In this document: piece by piece, positions 1 to 10,828 of the stretch
How the letters are laid out: each line of letters begins with the position of its first letter
Position numbering within the stretch: position 1 is the first letter of the stretch
Source: Neophaeotheca triangularis
Lineage: Eukaryota
DNA length: 64,000 bases
Assembly: GCA_054600435.1 (NCBI GenBank)
Contig: BAAIJX010000002.1
Span: 372,001 to 436,000, forward strand
Reading direction: 5' to 3'
Notes under the pieces: model-generated
The model's input: the letters and a program-made list of their open reading frames with translations, nothing else
What the model was told of the DNA's origin: nothing
The model's database searches: none
Program-made: the position numbers and the translations under genes

Positions 1-2950
1 GCATCGTCCTGTACCAAGCGTTGACGTTCGGGAGGTAGATCACTGAGGGCTTGTTCCTCTGGATCTCCTCAAACTTCTGGACAATCACTGCCTCTGCCGT
101 TGAGCCTGGCTCGTTGAGGACCGTCGCCAGTTCGAAGCTTTGCACGTGAACACCCTCGAGCTTGCTCAACACTGCCGCTCCGAGGTATTGCTGTCCCATT
201 CCACGGTGTCCCTTGATGAGCAGTCGCGGCCTGAACATGCGAGACCGCTCAAAGTGACGGAGCATGGTTTCCTTGTCGAAACCATCGTTGTCCGTTGCGT
301 CTTCGTACATTGCCTCTTCTAGCGCAGTTGCTTTGCGCTTCCTCGGCATGACGTTGTCGACGTGGTCAACCACCTGCTTGAGGGGCTCCCTGAGCAGAGG
401 ATCCACATCCGTCTTGAGTGGCGCGGCACGAGAAGCTACAGAACGCTCAGCGGTCGGGACCATCTTATTTAGCGAAATTGTGAAGTCCTTTGCCGAAACT
501 TGGATCTTCTTGCTGTCAATAAGCAGCTTCTGGTTGCTCTTGTAGATCTGCGGGTATGTTCGCTTGACAGCGTTGAGAGCCGCTTCGGTGCAAAGAGCGC
601 GCAAGTCAGCGCCAGAGTAGCCGCGAGTAAGGTCGGCAAGCTGGTCCTTGAACTCTGGCTGGATCGGTGGCTGCCAGGACTTGGTGTTTATCTCGATGAT
701 CTCGCGCCTTGCTGGAACATCGGGGAGGGGAAAGTAGAACTCTCTGTCGAACCTTCCCGGACGGCGCAAGGCAGGGTCGACCGAGTCAGGACGGTTGGTA
801 GCGCCAATGACGATGACTTGGCCTCGACCGTCCATGCCGTCCATAAGGGCGAGTAATGTTGCGACGATGGACGAGTGAATCTGTTCCTGCTTGCTTGAGC
901 GAACAGGGGCAAGGCCGTCGATTTCGTCGAAGAAGATGATGCTTGGTTGGTTTCTGCGAGCCTCCTCGAACAGAGTCCGAAGTTGCTTCTCTGCCTCTCC
1001 AACCCACTTGCTCAGAGCGTCCGCACCCTTGCGCATGTAGAAAGTGACCTTCTTGCCCTCGGAAGAAACACTGTTGGATAGCGCCCGTGCAAGATGCGTC
1101 TTACCAGTTCCAGGAGGGCCGTGGAAGAGCACGCCCCTCGGAGGGGTGATGCCTCTCTCGGCAAAGATCTCTGGGTACAGCAATGGCATCATGGCCATTT
1201 CCTTCAGGCTGTCCACGTGACTCTCCAGGCCTCCAACACCAGCGAAACTAACGTTGGCGTCGACACCCAGGGGATCCGCATCGGCCAAGGCCTTCTTGTC
1301 CTTGATTCTACCAAGGGCAGGTGGGCCACCGCCGGCGCCAGTCAGGGGGTTGTTGCCACGGTGGGGCTTTGGAATGCCGCTAGCCGGCGTCATACCAGCA
1401 GAACCTCCCGCGTTCTGCATGCCTCCGCCCTCTTCATCGCTGCTGTCGGAGTCGTCGCCCCCGACAGGTTGAGCGCGGTCTTCCATGCCTCCAAATGGTC
1501 CTGCCGTCGAGAAGAGCGTGCGGCCTTTGGTGCTTCCACGAGTGGGTTGAGAGGCTGTGGGCGCAGCTTGCTCGTCTTCACCTTCAGCATCGGGAACCAG
1601 TCTTATCTGGTAGTTCCGAGCCGGCAGGTTACGGCGACCGCGCTTGGACGCGTAATCAATCTGCTGAGAGTCTTCCATCTCCTCGGCCTTTCTCTTGCCA
1701 CCGCGAGTCGAACGCTGGTTACGGCCAGCGTCCGCGGCCAGCTCGGCGGCCTCGTCGGCAACCTCATCCCGGTCTACTTCGTCGTCATCGGCCTCGTCTT
1801 CCGCTTGCTGGCTTTGGCCGCGCTGCGAGCTTTTCGCGCTCCTTTTCTTCCCGCTGGCAGAGCTGAGCTCGCCGCTGCTCTTCCGTGTGCGTGTTGCGGG
1901 CTTGCCATCTTCGGAATCGTCAGACAGGTCACCCTCACCTGCCTCTGCCGCGTCCTCCCCAGGGTTGTAGTCGGAGCTTTGGTCGACCTCCTTGCGAGCT
2001 GCTTTCCGTTTAGGTGGCACCGGGGGCTCCTCGGACTGGGGCCCCTCGGATACGGCCTTCTCGGACTCTGCAATGACGTGATCGCTCTGCTCCGCATTCT
2101 GCTCCTCCTCTAGCTGAGAGAAGATGTCTTGAGCCGCTACACCCGTGGCCGGCTCCTCGAGCTGCGATTGCTCCTCGGTAATCGTGCTCGGAGGTTTCTT
2201 CATGCCCTTTCCACCCTTGGTGGGCCTCTTCAGGGCTCCAGGGTCTGGGGTGTTGGATTTTGACCCAGCGCGTGTGGTCTTCGCATGCTTTCCCGAGTCT
2301 CCCAAAGCAACGAGAGGCTCTTCCCTATCCTGGCTGATGCGAGAGCTCCTCCGCGTCATCATGCCTTGGGGTACCGGAGCCGACCCGAGGATTCTCAAGA
2401 GACCTTCTGGTCTCACAATGAGCTTGATGAGCCCGGCTCTGCTGGCTGGTACGCTGGGTGCGATGGCTGCAGTCTTCTTGGGGCTCGCGTGAGGCTCAGA
2501 GGCCTCCTTCTCGCTCCTTGCTACCTCGACCTCCTCCTCCTGCTCTTCCTCCTCAGCCTCCTCCTCAGCCTCCTCCTCTCCCTCCCCCTCCGACACCTCC
2601 TCGTACTTCACTGCCTTTTTAGCTACAGCGCGCACGGCACGTCCGGTCACAGGGTTGGTCTCGGCTTCCTCCGGTTCTTCTGACGAGCCCTGGAAGGATG
2701 CTTCCTCTGAAGTGGCGCCCATTTCCACTTCGTCGTCATCGTCGGAGTTCTCGTATTCTTCGCGGCGCTGTCTCTTTGCAGGCTTCGCCTTTTTGGCGGC
2801 CTTGGTAGTCTTCTTGCCCTTTCCCTTTTTGGGTTTTTGGGTCTTGCGAGTGGTAGTAGGCTCTTCTGTGTAGTTCTTATCCTCTGGATCCGACGCGTTG
2901 GGGTCGAAGTTCGGTTCGAGCGCTTTTCGCTTGTTGTTGCGCGGTGCCAT
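1..2950 (-). CDS. YTA7: AAA+ ATPase/bromodomain chromatin factor (Yta7/ATAD2 family), 5' portion; the gene runs off the left edge
   Basis: The minus frame opens from ATG 2950 (MAPRNNKRKALEPNFDPNASDPED...) with an acidic, Glu-rich N-terminus. It has Walker A LFHGPPGTGKT (~1100-1130), FYMRKGAD.LSKWVGEAERQLRLLFEEA, Walker B IIFFDEIDGLAP, and LRRPGRFDREFYF. A degenerate second AAA follows (FRPRLLIKG). It has no stop in the window, which is why the ORF track omits it. Confidence 0.93.
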   Translation of the reverse strand, partial: MAPRNNKRKALEPNFDPNASDPEDKNYTEEPTTTRKTQKPKKGKGKKTTKAAKKAKPAKRQRREEYENSDDDDEVEMGATSEEASFQGSSEEPEEAETNPVTGRAVRAVAKKAVKYEEVSEGEGEEEAEEEAEEEEQEEEVEVARSEKEASEPHASPKKTAAIAPSVPASRAGLIKLIVRPEGLLRILGSAPVPQGMMTRRSSRISQDREEPLVALGDSGKHAKTTRAGSKSNTPDPGALKRPTKGGKGMKKPPSTITEEQSQLEEPATGVAAQDIFSQLEEEQNAEQSDHVIAESEKAVSEGPQSEEPPVPPKRKAARKEVDQSSDYNPGEDAAEAGEGDLSDDSEDGKPATRTRKSSGELSSASGKKRSAKSSQRGQSQQAEDEADDDEVDRDEVADEAAELAADAGRNQRSTRGGKRKAEEMEDSQQIDYASKRGRRNLPARNYQIRLVPDAEGEDEQAAPTASQPTRGSTKGRTLFSTAGPFGGMEDRAQPVGGDDSDSSDEEGGGMQNAGGSAGMTPASGIPKPHRGNNPLTGAGGGPPALGRIKDKKALADADPLGVDANVSFAGVGGLESHVDSLKEMAMMPLLYPEIFAERGITPPRGVLFHGPPGTGKTHLARALSNSVSSEGKKVTFYMRKGADALSKWVGEAEKQLRTLFEEARRNQPSIIFFDEIDGLAPVRSSKQEQIHSSIVATLLALMDGMDGRGQVIVIGATNRPDSVDPALRRPGRFDREFYFPLPDVPARREIIEINTKSWQPPIQPEFKDQLADLTRGYSGADLRALCTEAALNAVKRTYPQIYKSNQKLLIDSKKIQVSAKDFTISLNKMVPTAERSVASRAAPLKTDVDPLLREPLKQVVDHVDNVMPRKRKATALEEAMYEDATDNDGFDKETMLRHFERSRMFRPRLLIKGHRGMGQQYLGAAVLSKLEGVHVQSFELATVLNEPGSTAEAVIVQKFEEIQRNKPSVIYLPNVNAWYRTM

Positions 2951-2993
2951 GTTGCTGATGTGTAGGAGTGTATGTATTGGAGGATGATGTTGC

Positions 2994-3034
2994 GTGACGT
3001 GAAGTTCGGGTGACGTGAGGTGGGGGTGACGTGA
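2994..3034. promoter_or_regulatory. Three GTGACGTGA motifs at exact 16-bp spacing just upstream of the YTA7 ATG
   Basis: GTGACGTGA at 2994, 3010 and 3026. It contains the ATF/CREB-type core TGACGT. Function is inferred only. Confidence 0.45.
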
Positions 3035-4881
3035 AGTAGAGTGCTGCAAGGGCTTTTGTTGCGATGTTGCTGTCGCGAGTGCCTTATTGCAGTGAATGCG
3101 CCGAGCACTCGTTGTTCCTTGAGCTCAAGGATAGCCCGAGGGCTCTGCGTGACCAGACGGCGGTGAAGCGCGTCGGTATTCGGGTGTTTGGCTGCCTTGA
3201 CTGCGCTCAGTCGGCGCGAGGGTGGCTGCAGGTGTCGCTAGTCGCGTGACTGTCGCTGTCGCTGGCGTTGTTGAAACAGACAATGCGCTGTGAAATATGA
3301 TGCATGCAATGGCTTCGTGATGGGCGTCTCGATGGAACTGCGTGCGTGGATCTTTCAGCGGTGTCTGTGTCGTGAAAGAAGAAGCGGGAGAGGTTGCAAA
3401 GTTGGGGGGGGGAATACAGCTAAGCGAGCGTCGCGGCATTTTGATAACGCCAAGCCCGACTCCAAGCGCGCTTATGCACCCACAAATCCAGCAGCGCGAT
3501 ACACTTCAAGTGTCAATGTTTCCATGGTCAATACAACAACAAGATGGCGACTCCAAGGATACGCCAAAAGTCGATATTCGGTGTCGCGTAATCCCCTGGA
3601 CCAGATCCATATAATTTTCGGCGTCTTTCAGACGACGACGGAGCCGTTATCAGCGTCTTTGCCATTCGCCCTGGCGGCCATTTCGCTCCCGTGACGGATC
3701 TAGGGTGCGCCGTCGATCTATCCGCAAGTCACCACATGGGAGGGCGGATAGCTTATTTCGACGTCGTCTCGTTGCCGTGTTTCGATGGCTCTGGCACGTG
3801 CAAGCCTGTCAGTTCGCCTTTCTCCGCATCATCATCAGCTGGCCGGCTTCTGGTCCCCGCTGCCACTTTCGCCCGTTGCCATCCTCGCCCTTTCTGTGCT
3901 GCTTTTCGCTGCAAAAGTCGACGTACGGCTCGGGAGAAGAGCGGTGCGCAACGAATGATTGCTGAGCGTGGTCGTTGCGGAGCCTGGTTGGTTTCCCCGG
4001 CATTCATTACATTCGGCGCCAGAGTCAGAGTCTGCTCGCCCGTCGTAAGATATACGTTGCACTGTGTTGCTGAGATTCTCGATGCCTCAGCAGTTATATA
4101 AGATACCTATGGTTGTGCCCAGAAGGAAACTGATGGGTCCATCTGAAGTCTGGAGATGGTGCGGCGAAGAGTTGCCCGCTGGAAGCTCGGTCGGCTCATT
4201 CCATTGGCGGTGGTGAAAGCTTGTGGGGCCAGCTTGAGTGCCATCGCCGGGCGGGCATTGTTTGCTCAAACAGAGTTGCTCTGATAGCCTCCTTGTTGTT
4301 GTAGCAATGCTGCCAACATAAATGACGAGCTCATTTCTCGTGTCTTGATGATTGAGGATGGTAAAAGGCTGCGATTCATACCCGGAGTATGTTATTGCTG
4401 CGAGGACGGCGTGCGTAAGAATTTGAGTGGCGCGAGCAGAGCAACACCTCCACCGGCAAAAGCCATCGCTATCACGGCAAGAAACTTCACTTCGACATCA
4501 AATTACAGTTCATAGGATGTCGAACGAGTTCTTGCCTCTCAGCTCGAGTGGCTGTTTGGTGCTGAATGGCAAATCTGAAAGCGTAGAAGTTGGTGGCCCC
4601 GGTCGGCCTAGTTGTTAGCCTGTCGGTCTTGGGAGATCATCTCGAAGAGCATGGGGATGGACCACAAAGCTGATAGTGCATGCGACGGTTATGGAGGAAC
4701 CCCTTCGCCGCTCGTATTTGGCGCGCGCACGAGCGCTGCACAACTAACAGTTCGCAGGAGATGGCGCAAGGTGTGAAATCCACTGGTAGCTCAGTGGTTG
4801 ATCCTCTTCCTGTTGTGTGAGGTGCAAGCGGGGGTTAACATGGAGGAAACGGATAGAGCGAAAACCAAAAAGTGGAGAAGG

Positions 4882-5218
4882 GAGAGGCTGTTGTACTACT
4901 CGTGGGCCAAGGCAGTCGATCTTGCCCCTATAGCCTTTGGGGATGCCGAAGGGGGCCAAGAGGTAAGTCATTCCCCGTTCCTTGTCGCTGCTATCTGGTG
5001 CGACTCGACGCTGGAGATGGAGGCCGGTAAGAGGATGGAACGGAGCGGATCTAGAAGGCGAGAGGCTTTTGCAGTACCCGTGCGCGAAGGCCTTTGCTCT
5101 TACACCTGCGGCCTTTTGTGGAGTTGAAAGGGGCAAAGGGGTAAGTCATTATCTGGTTCTCCTGACCGCTACCTAGTGTGACTCGACTTTGGAGATAGGG
5201 TCCGGTAAGAGGATGGAA
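4882..5218. repeat. Degenerate tandem duplication, period 178 bp
   Basis: 4882-5040 aligns without gaps to 5060-5218, with 42 mismatches in 159 nt by hand (~74%). Shared blocks are GGTAAGTCATT, GACTCGAC and CCGGTAAGAGGATGGAA. Confidence 0.9.
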
Positions 5219-7175
5219 AGAAGATGATTCGTTTTGACAAAAGGCGGCGGTTATGTGGTACTGGCGGCTCGATGCCGCTGCATCTACTCATACAGCCTCC
5301 CGGACTGTCGAGGTGATAACGGACACAGTGCCGATTACGATCAAATCGAGCGTTTCTGCGAACTTCGTGAGGCTCTCCTTGGCCGTCTCTATTCCGTTCT
5401 GCCGTAATCTGCAGAAAGAGCTAGGACTTGCATCGAAGGAAGGGAGGAGTCGAAAAATTGAAGTAGATCAAGTCGAACACTCTGGGCCACGGAAGAGTCA
5501 AGAGATCAGTCTGCCTTAGTCCGTTGCAATTTGTCGTTGGTGTTGTCCAGTATTAAGAGGGGGAAAGGAAGAAGAAAGAAGGAGGGGGCTTGATAGAGTC
5601 CTATAGAATGCTACTGGTCCACTTTTCAGGGCGCTCCTACTTTTCCCCCTCCCGCGCCCGCTCGAATAGTTGAAGAGGAGAGAGTTAATGGAATTCTCGA
5701 GACCACCGAGTTTCGGACAAAACCGAATGTGCAACATGAGCCAGCTACTAATGAGAATCCTGGTCGACCGTTCATCGATAGTGCTTTACCTTGGATGGTA
5801 TGAAAGCATTAAGGGCAGGGAGGAAATCGAAGCAAACGGTAGCAGCAAACGAGGCGATCGATGTCGATGCCGATGTCTACATACGCAAGACAGAGCGCGA
5901 TGGCTCACAAAAAGCAAGACCGAGCACACGGCCTCCTCTTGCCATATTGACGGTTGCCCGAGCTACCAGCCTATGGGCCTCGTATTGACGGTCGATCATG
6001 CTGTCTCGCCCCTTGCGGCGCTGAGGAAATAAATATCTTGAGTGTACTCGAGGGTGTTCTCGTTGGAGTTCGAGGCATGATGGCTGGTGCCGATTGCGCA
6101 TGAGCATCGGTGAGTAAAAGAGGCGCATCAGGCCGGGTGATAGTCCCGACTTTTCGAGCGAATTTACTGGGAAGTATGGACGCGAGACAGGGGAAAGGTA
6201 GAAACCGACTATGTTCAGCAGAGTAAGGTGGGAAGTGGGGGAATTGCGTGGACGCACTGCTGGGCGGCAAGGAGGCATTCAGCCCTACCACGCCATGGTG
6301 TAAAGGCCAAGGGGGGGTAAGGGGGGTTACCATTGCCTGGGACTGCTTGAGAATGGTCGTTGGAAGCATCTGCCAGGCGGTTGGCCGTTGTGGGTGGCTG
6401 GAACGGGCATGACAGTGGTAACCGGGTGATATATAGTATATTGGTACACAGTGGTAGTGGAGACCTATTCCGACACTGTCGGCCTTTGTCACCTAAAGCA
6501 ATTAGCATGAGATGTTGGAAGTTGGTCATTTACCAGCGTTGGGTATAACTCAGGGCGGTAACGCCGTTAGAGCCACCTAATGTCATCTTTGCTTCTCAGT
6601 ACTTACTAAAATCACTCGAGATCATTATACCAGTACCGGAGAGGATATGGTTTTCATCTGTACCGTCTCGTCGCCGTCGGCAATTTTCCATATACACAAA
6701 CTCTAACCCTGGCCAAAATACAGCATCGGTGGCTTATACAATTCAAGAATGGGACACAAACAACCATACATGCTCGCAACGATGGTGGAGTCGAAGCACG
6801 AAAGACAAACAAAAGCAAGAAGCAATCCATAGGAACATAGTTTAATACAGAAAGGCAGCCGAGAAAACCCAGCTATACTCGAGAGCCCTTCTCAACACAC
6901 AGAGTATGCCACCAGCCGGAACCGCTTGTGCCGGCATGTGAATGGTTGATAGCCGCTCTTCAGCACACATATGATGCATCCCAATTATAAACGCCGTGAT
7001 CGCTATGCCGCGAAACCTTTGTCCCTTTTCACTGCAAAACTGAGCCGCCCATCCCGTAGCTGGCAAGCGAGCGAGCGAGCGGCAAAGCAGCCGTCCTGCC
7101 ACGCGAATCACCGCTGTGCCATGCTAAACTTTTCCATCTTAATTCCGATACCACGTTCGCAGAAATGCGACCACG

Positions 7176-9401
7176 CTAGTTTGAAGGCTTCCCAGGCAAC
7201 CACGCGCTCGCACCCGCAGCCTTCTCGACGTCCTTCTGCTTGCCGAAACCCAAGTCGAGGTCGAGGATGATCTTCAATGCGTTTCTGCTCCGGAGGTACG
7301 GCAGAGGGGCCTTGGCCTCCTGTAGCCCCGTGACGGGCTCGAGCGTGCCTGCAGGGCCATCGCCCAGCTTCTCCTCGTCGCCGTGGCCCGGCATGGGCAG
7401 CATGTTCTGCAGGACCTCGTAGCCGGCGAGCGTGAAACCGAATTGCGGCGACGAGCGCATGATTCGTGCAGGCCCGCCCTTGAAGAAAGCTTTGAAACCT
7501 TCTTCCTTGAAGACGGTGGTCGCGCAGTGCCGGAGTGAGGTGTAGGCTGTGTCGCCCTTGCGGGCCTCGACTTGCAGACGCGTCTTGATGACGTCGCAGG
7601 GCGTGGTGAGGTAGGCGGCGGGCATACCGGCGATGGCGCCGGCGGTGAGGAGTTGCAGGATGCCGAGCTTCTTTGTCTGGCTCTCGCCGAAGTAATCGCG
7701 TTTGAGATGATTGTAGGCGGGGAAGTAAATAGCGCTGAATGGAACGTCGCGGAGCAGGCAGGCAGACGCGCCCTTGTACAAGCCCACGAGACCAAGGTGG
7801 CGGACGATCCAGATGGCGGAACGCTTGACGGGTGTCTCTTCGGCGCTGCGGGCGGCTTTCATGGCCTCGCCTTGCACTTGTAGACGGATCTTGACGATTT
7901 CGAGGGGGTTGGTAAAAACGACCTGGCATGCACCGGCGCTACCACCTGCCAAGAGCTCGGCCGACAGCGCGATGCTGTTGTCCTTTTGGTTTGTGAATTT
8001 TCCGCGTACGAGGTCGTTGACTGTGAGCTTGATGGCCTTCTCTGGCGCCACACCAACCAGCTGTGGGAGAACGCCAGAATACAAGCCGCGGAAACCCTCG
8101 TTGCGGATGACTTTGCTCGCACAATCCAAGCTGTTCTTGTAAAGCAGTTGGCCCACGCGAGCCGATCGCTGGTTCTGCATGCGCGTCTTGACCAGGTCGA
8201 TCGGGTAGACCATGAATGCACCGAATGCGCCAGCTAAACTACCGAGGGCGAAATGATGCGCCGAGACTAGGATGTCTTGCAAAAAGGATGTCGAGGCGGC
8301 CACAGCTCGGGCAGATGTGTCAGCAGCACCACGTGTCGCATCGGCCAGAGTGGCAGCACCAGCGTGCCAGCTGGCGTCCAGTACACGAGCGAAATCCGTG
8401 ATACCGAGACGACCGGAAGGTTGGTCGAGCGAGGCGAAGTGGAAGAGGATGTCAGCCTCCATGGGCGTGATGTGCGAGAAGCGGGTGATGCGAGCGGCTT
8501 CGTTGAGGAAGTCCGAGCGAGTGATCTTTCCGTCGGAGGATTTGCCGATAGCATTCCTGATGATCAACTCGACCAGATCCATCTCCTTAATAACGTTCTG
8601 GAAAGCTCGTACGTTTGCGTAGGAGATCTTGCTGCCGGGTGAAATGTTGCAAAGAGTGCTCAGGTTAGAGAGAAGGTGGTCGGAGAGCTTGTGCCCTGCG
8701 GTCTGGTGAATGATTTTGCTGAAGTCCTCTGGCTCGATGTATCCATCGCCATTGCGGTCAAAGTGCAAAAAGGCCTGCCTCACGCGCTCGCCCTGCAGCC
8801 CGCGCAGCATCTGCGCGAACTGCGCATATGTCATGGCGTGCCGACTCTTCACATTTCCGACGTAGAGGCTGGCCCAGTCGGAGTTCCAGTTGAAAGGTAC
8901 TGCTTCGGGGCTTCTGTTGCGAGCGTACTCGTCTTTGAAGCGGTTGAAGTCGACGAGCCCGGTCTCGTTATCGGCAAAGAGGCGGAAAGGGATTTCGTAC
9001 TCGGCGTCGGGCTTAGCGAGGAGGTTGTTGAACACTGACCAGTCGTCAAGAGTGATGTAGTTCTTCTTGCCGCGGTCTGCGATCTCGAAGAGGATCGAGT
9101 ATTGATCGCGTTGGATTTTGTGCTTTGAGCCCACAATGTCAGTTCTGTCTCGGCGCGCAGGTACAGCACGGCGAGCAATGTAGAGCTCTGCCTGCTGCGA
9201 CTAGGGTATACCTACATAGTCTTCGCCTTGAGGTGCGACAGCATCTATGAATTCTTTCCGGCCAAGGTATTGCTCGCCATTTTCCTCGTTCTTGATGGCA
9301 TTGCGCTGGAATACAGAGCGCGTAGATTCGGAAAGAAGGGTCTCTGCTTCACCCTCTGTACCCACCAGCTTCTCCTTCAACTTGTCCGTGACGTTGGCCA
9401 T
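7176..9401 (-). CDS. AGC1: Calcium-binding mitochondrial aspartate/glutamate carrier (Aralar/citrin-like)
   Basis: Exons 9401-9216 and 9122-7176, with intron 9123-9215 (GTAGGT...CTGAC...AAG), give ~710 aa. N-terminal EF-hands (FDRNGDGYIEPEDF) are followed by three carrier motifs: PIDLVKTRMQ, PLEIVKIRLQ and PCDVIKTRLQ. Confidence 0.95.
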
Positions 9402-9675
9402 GGTGGAGAGCTTGTGACACTGCAGCTTGCAGAGCTTACAGCGAAATCTGCACGCCTAGGGGCCGGGGCGGTAGGGGATGGTGATGGCGTTGAGAGTGAA
9501 TCGAGGGTGATTACAGTCGGCGCGTCGCAGGCGATTGAGTGAGGATTGTCGGTACGTGTCAAAAGAATGCCAGTAGCTGGCGTGAGGTTTGACCCGCCGT
9601 GAGCAAAGCACAGTTCAGCCGCTAGCGGTTGATTTAGGGAGAGGCTCTCCACTTCCGTCGCCGCAACACGGGGGA

Positions 9676-9703
9676 GAGAGTGAGGGTGAGGGTGAGGGTG
9701 AGG
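9676..9703. repeat. (GAGGGT)n microsatellite upstream of AGC1
   Basis: gagagtgagggtgagggtgagggtgagg read directly. Confidence 0.8.
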
Positions 9704-10751
9704 ACTGCGCCTGGGCCTGGGGTATTCGATGCGGAACAATGATAGGGCAGGCGAAGTGACGGTGAGGTTGAGTAGCGAACGTCGTGAAGAATAAAACAAC
9801 GAGTGCAGTAATTCTCTCTGATCGTCGACGCGAGCTAGCAAGAACAAGTATTTTTTTGGGCGGGCGGGATCTTCAACCTCTCACAGGCTCCCTACGCGTG
9901 CCTGCTTTGCTCGCCGACTCCCGACCCTCGCTTCCGCCAACTTCCATTGGGCTGCCTCGCGACGAGCCAGTGACCGACAAAGGAAGGTAGGCCGAATGAT
10001 AGCCTTACCTACAACAAGTACTCCTTACCTTACTCTTCTTTTGTGTACAAAAACATATATATATCGATACCATCTGCGATAGCCTCGACAACTCATTTTC
10101 TATCAGCTAGGCGTGACGAACGTTCTCTTTTCTCTCCTTCTTCCAAGCCTTTCTCGTCACGAAAAGGTTGGAGCGACTTTAATAACATCCCTGATCTTTT
10201 CCTCGGAACAGCATAGAAAATCCTAATCACACTCTCATTCGACGAGGTCGACCGGCGGCGCACATATGATCGGTTGGAGCAAATAGTAGGGACAGGGTCA
10301 GACAATAACTTTGGTCCGCAAGGCAACGGGAACAGCACTGCTAGCCCTGGCATGCTTACGATGCTGATATAAACGACATAGGTAAGAAAGTTCGGTGTTA
10401 TGAGACGTGACGGTCCACAACGCATTCGAGCGGAAGCCATAGCCCAGTACCGGGGAGCCGAGAATGCTGCCACCGTTAAACCTGGTGATGAGGTAGTAGC
10501 GAGCGCTTCAAGCTAGTACTTGTATTCCAGGGCGAGTAACAGAACCATCAGTGCCAGCACAAATTCAGTGTGAGGTGTCAAAAGAAGCGCGAGGCCCCGC
10601 CGACCAGGTGCAATGCTTTCGAGTGCGAGGGGACATCAATCCAAGTGATTGGAGAGCAGTCGGCACTCGATGAGCGCTTGATAAGAATCTCTTTGTCAAC
10701 GGGCGTCGATAAGCAAGGGCCGAGACTCTGACTTTGCGGCCATTTGGTATC

Positions 10752-10828
10752 CAAAAAAAAGACAAAAAAGACAAAAAAAAAAAAAAAGACACCAGCAACA
10801 ACAACAACAGCAACAACAACAACAACAG
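10752..10828. repeat. A-rich tract followed by a (CAA)n microsatellite
   Basis: caaaaaaaagacaaaaaagacaaaaaaaaaaaaaaagac, then cagcaacaacaacaacagcaacaacaacaacaacag. A poly-G run also lies at ~11124-11141. Confidence 0.85.

Noticed and set aside
1094..2113. 339-aa plus-strand ORF and other long ORFs overlapping real genes
   Set aside because: These are antisense shadows of YTA7 and other GC-rich coding genes, with no motifs of their own.
4780..4850. tRNA-like A-box GGTAGCTCAGTGGTT
   Set aside because: There is no GTTCGA T-loop and no acceptor-stem partner. CCACTG/CAGTGG is only a local hairpin.
4882..5218. CRISPR array or LTR pair
   Set aside because: Eukaryotic context, only two adjacent degenerate units, no spacers, and no TG...CA termini or internal retroelement sequence.
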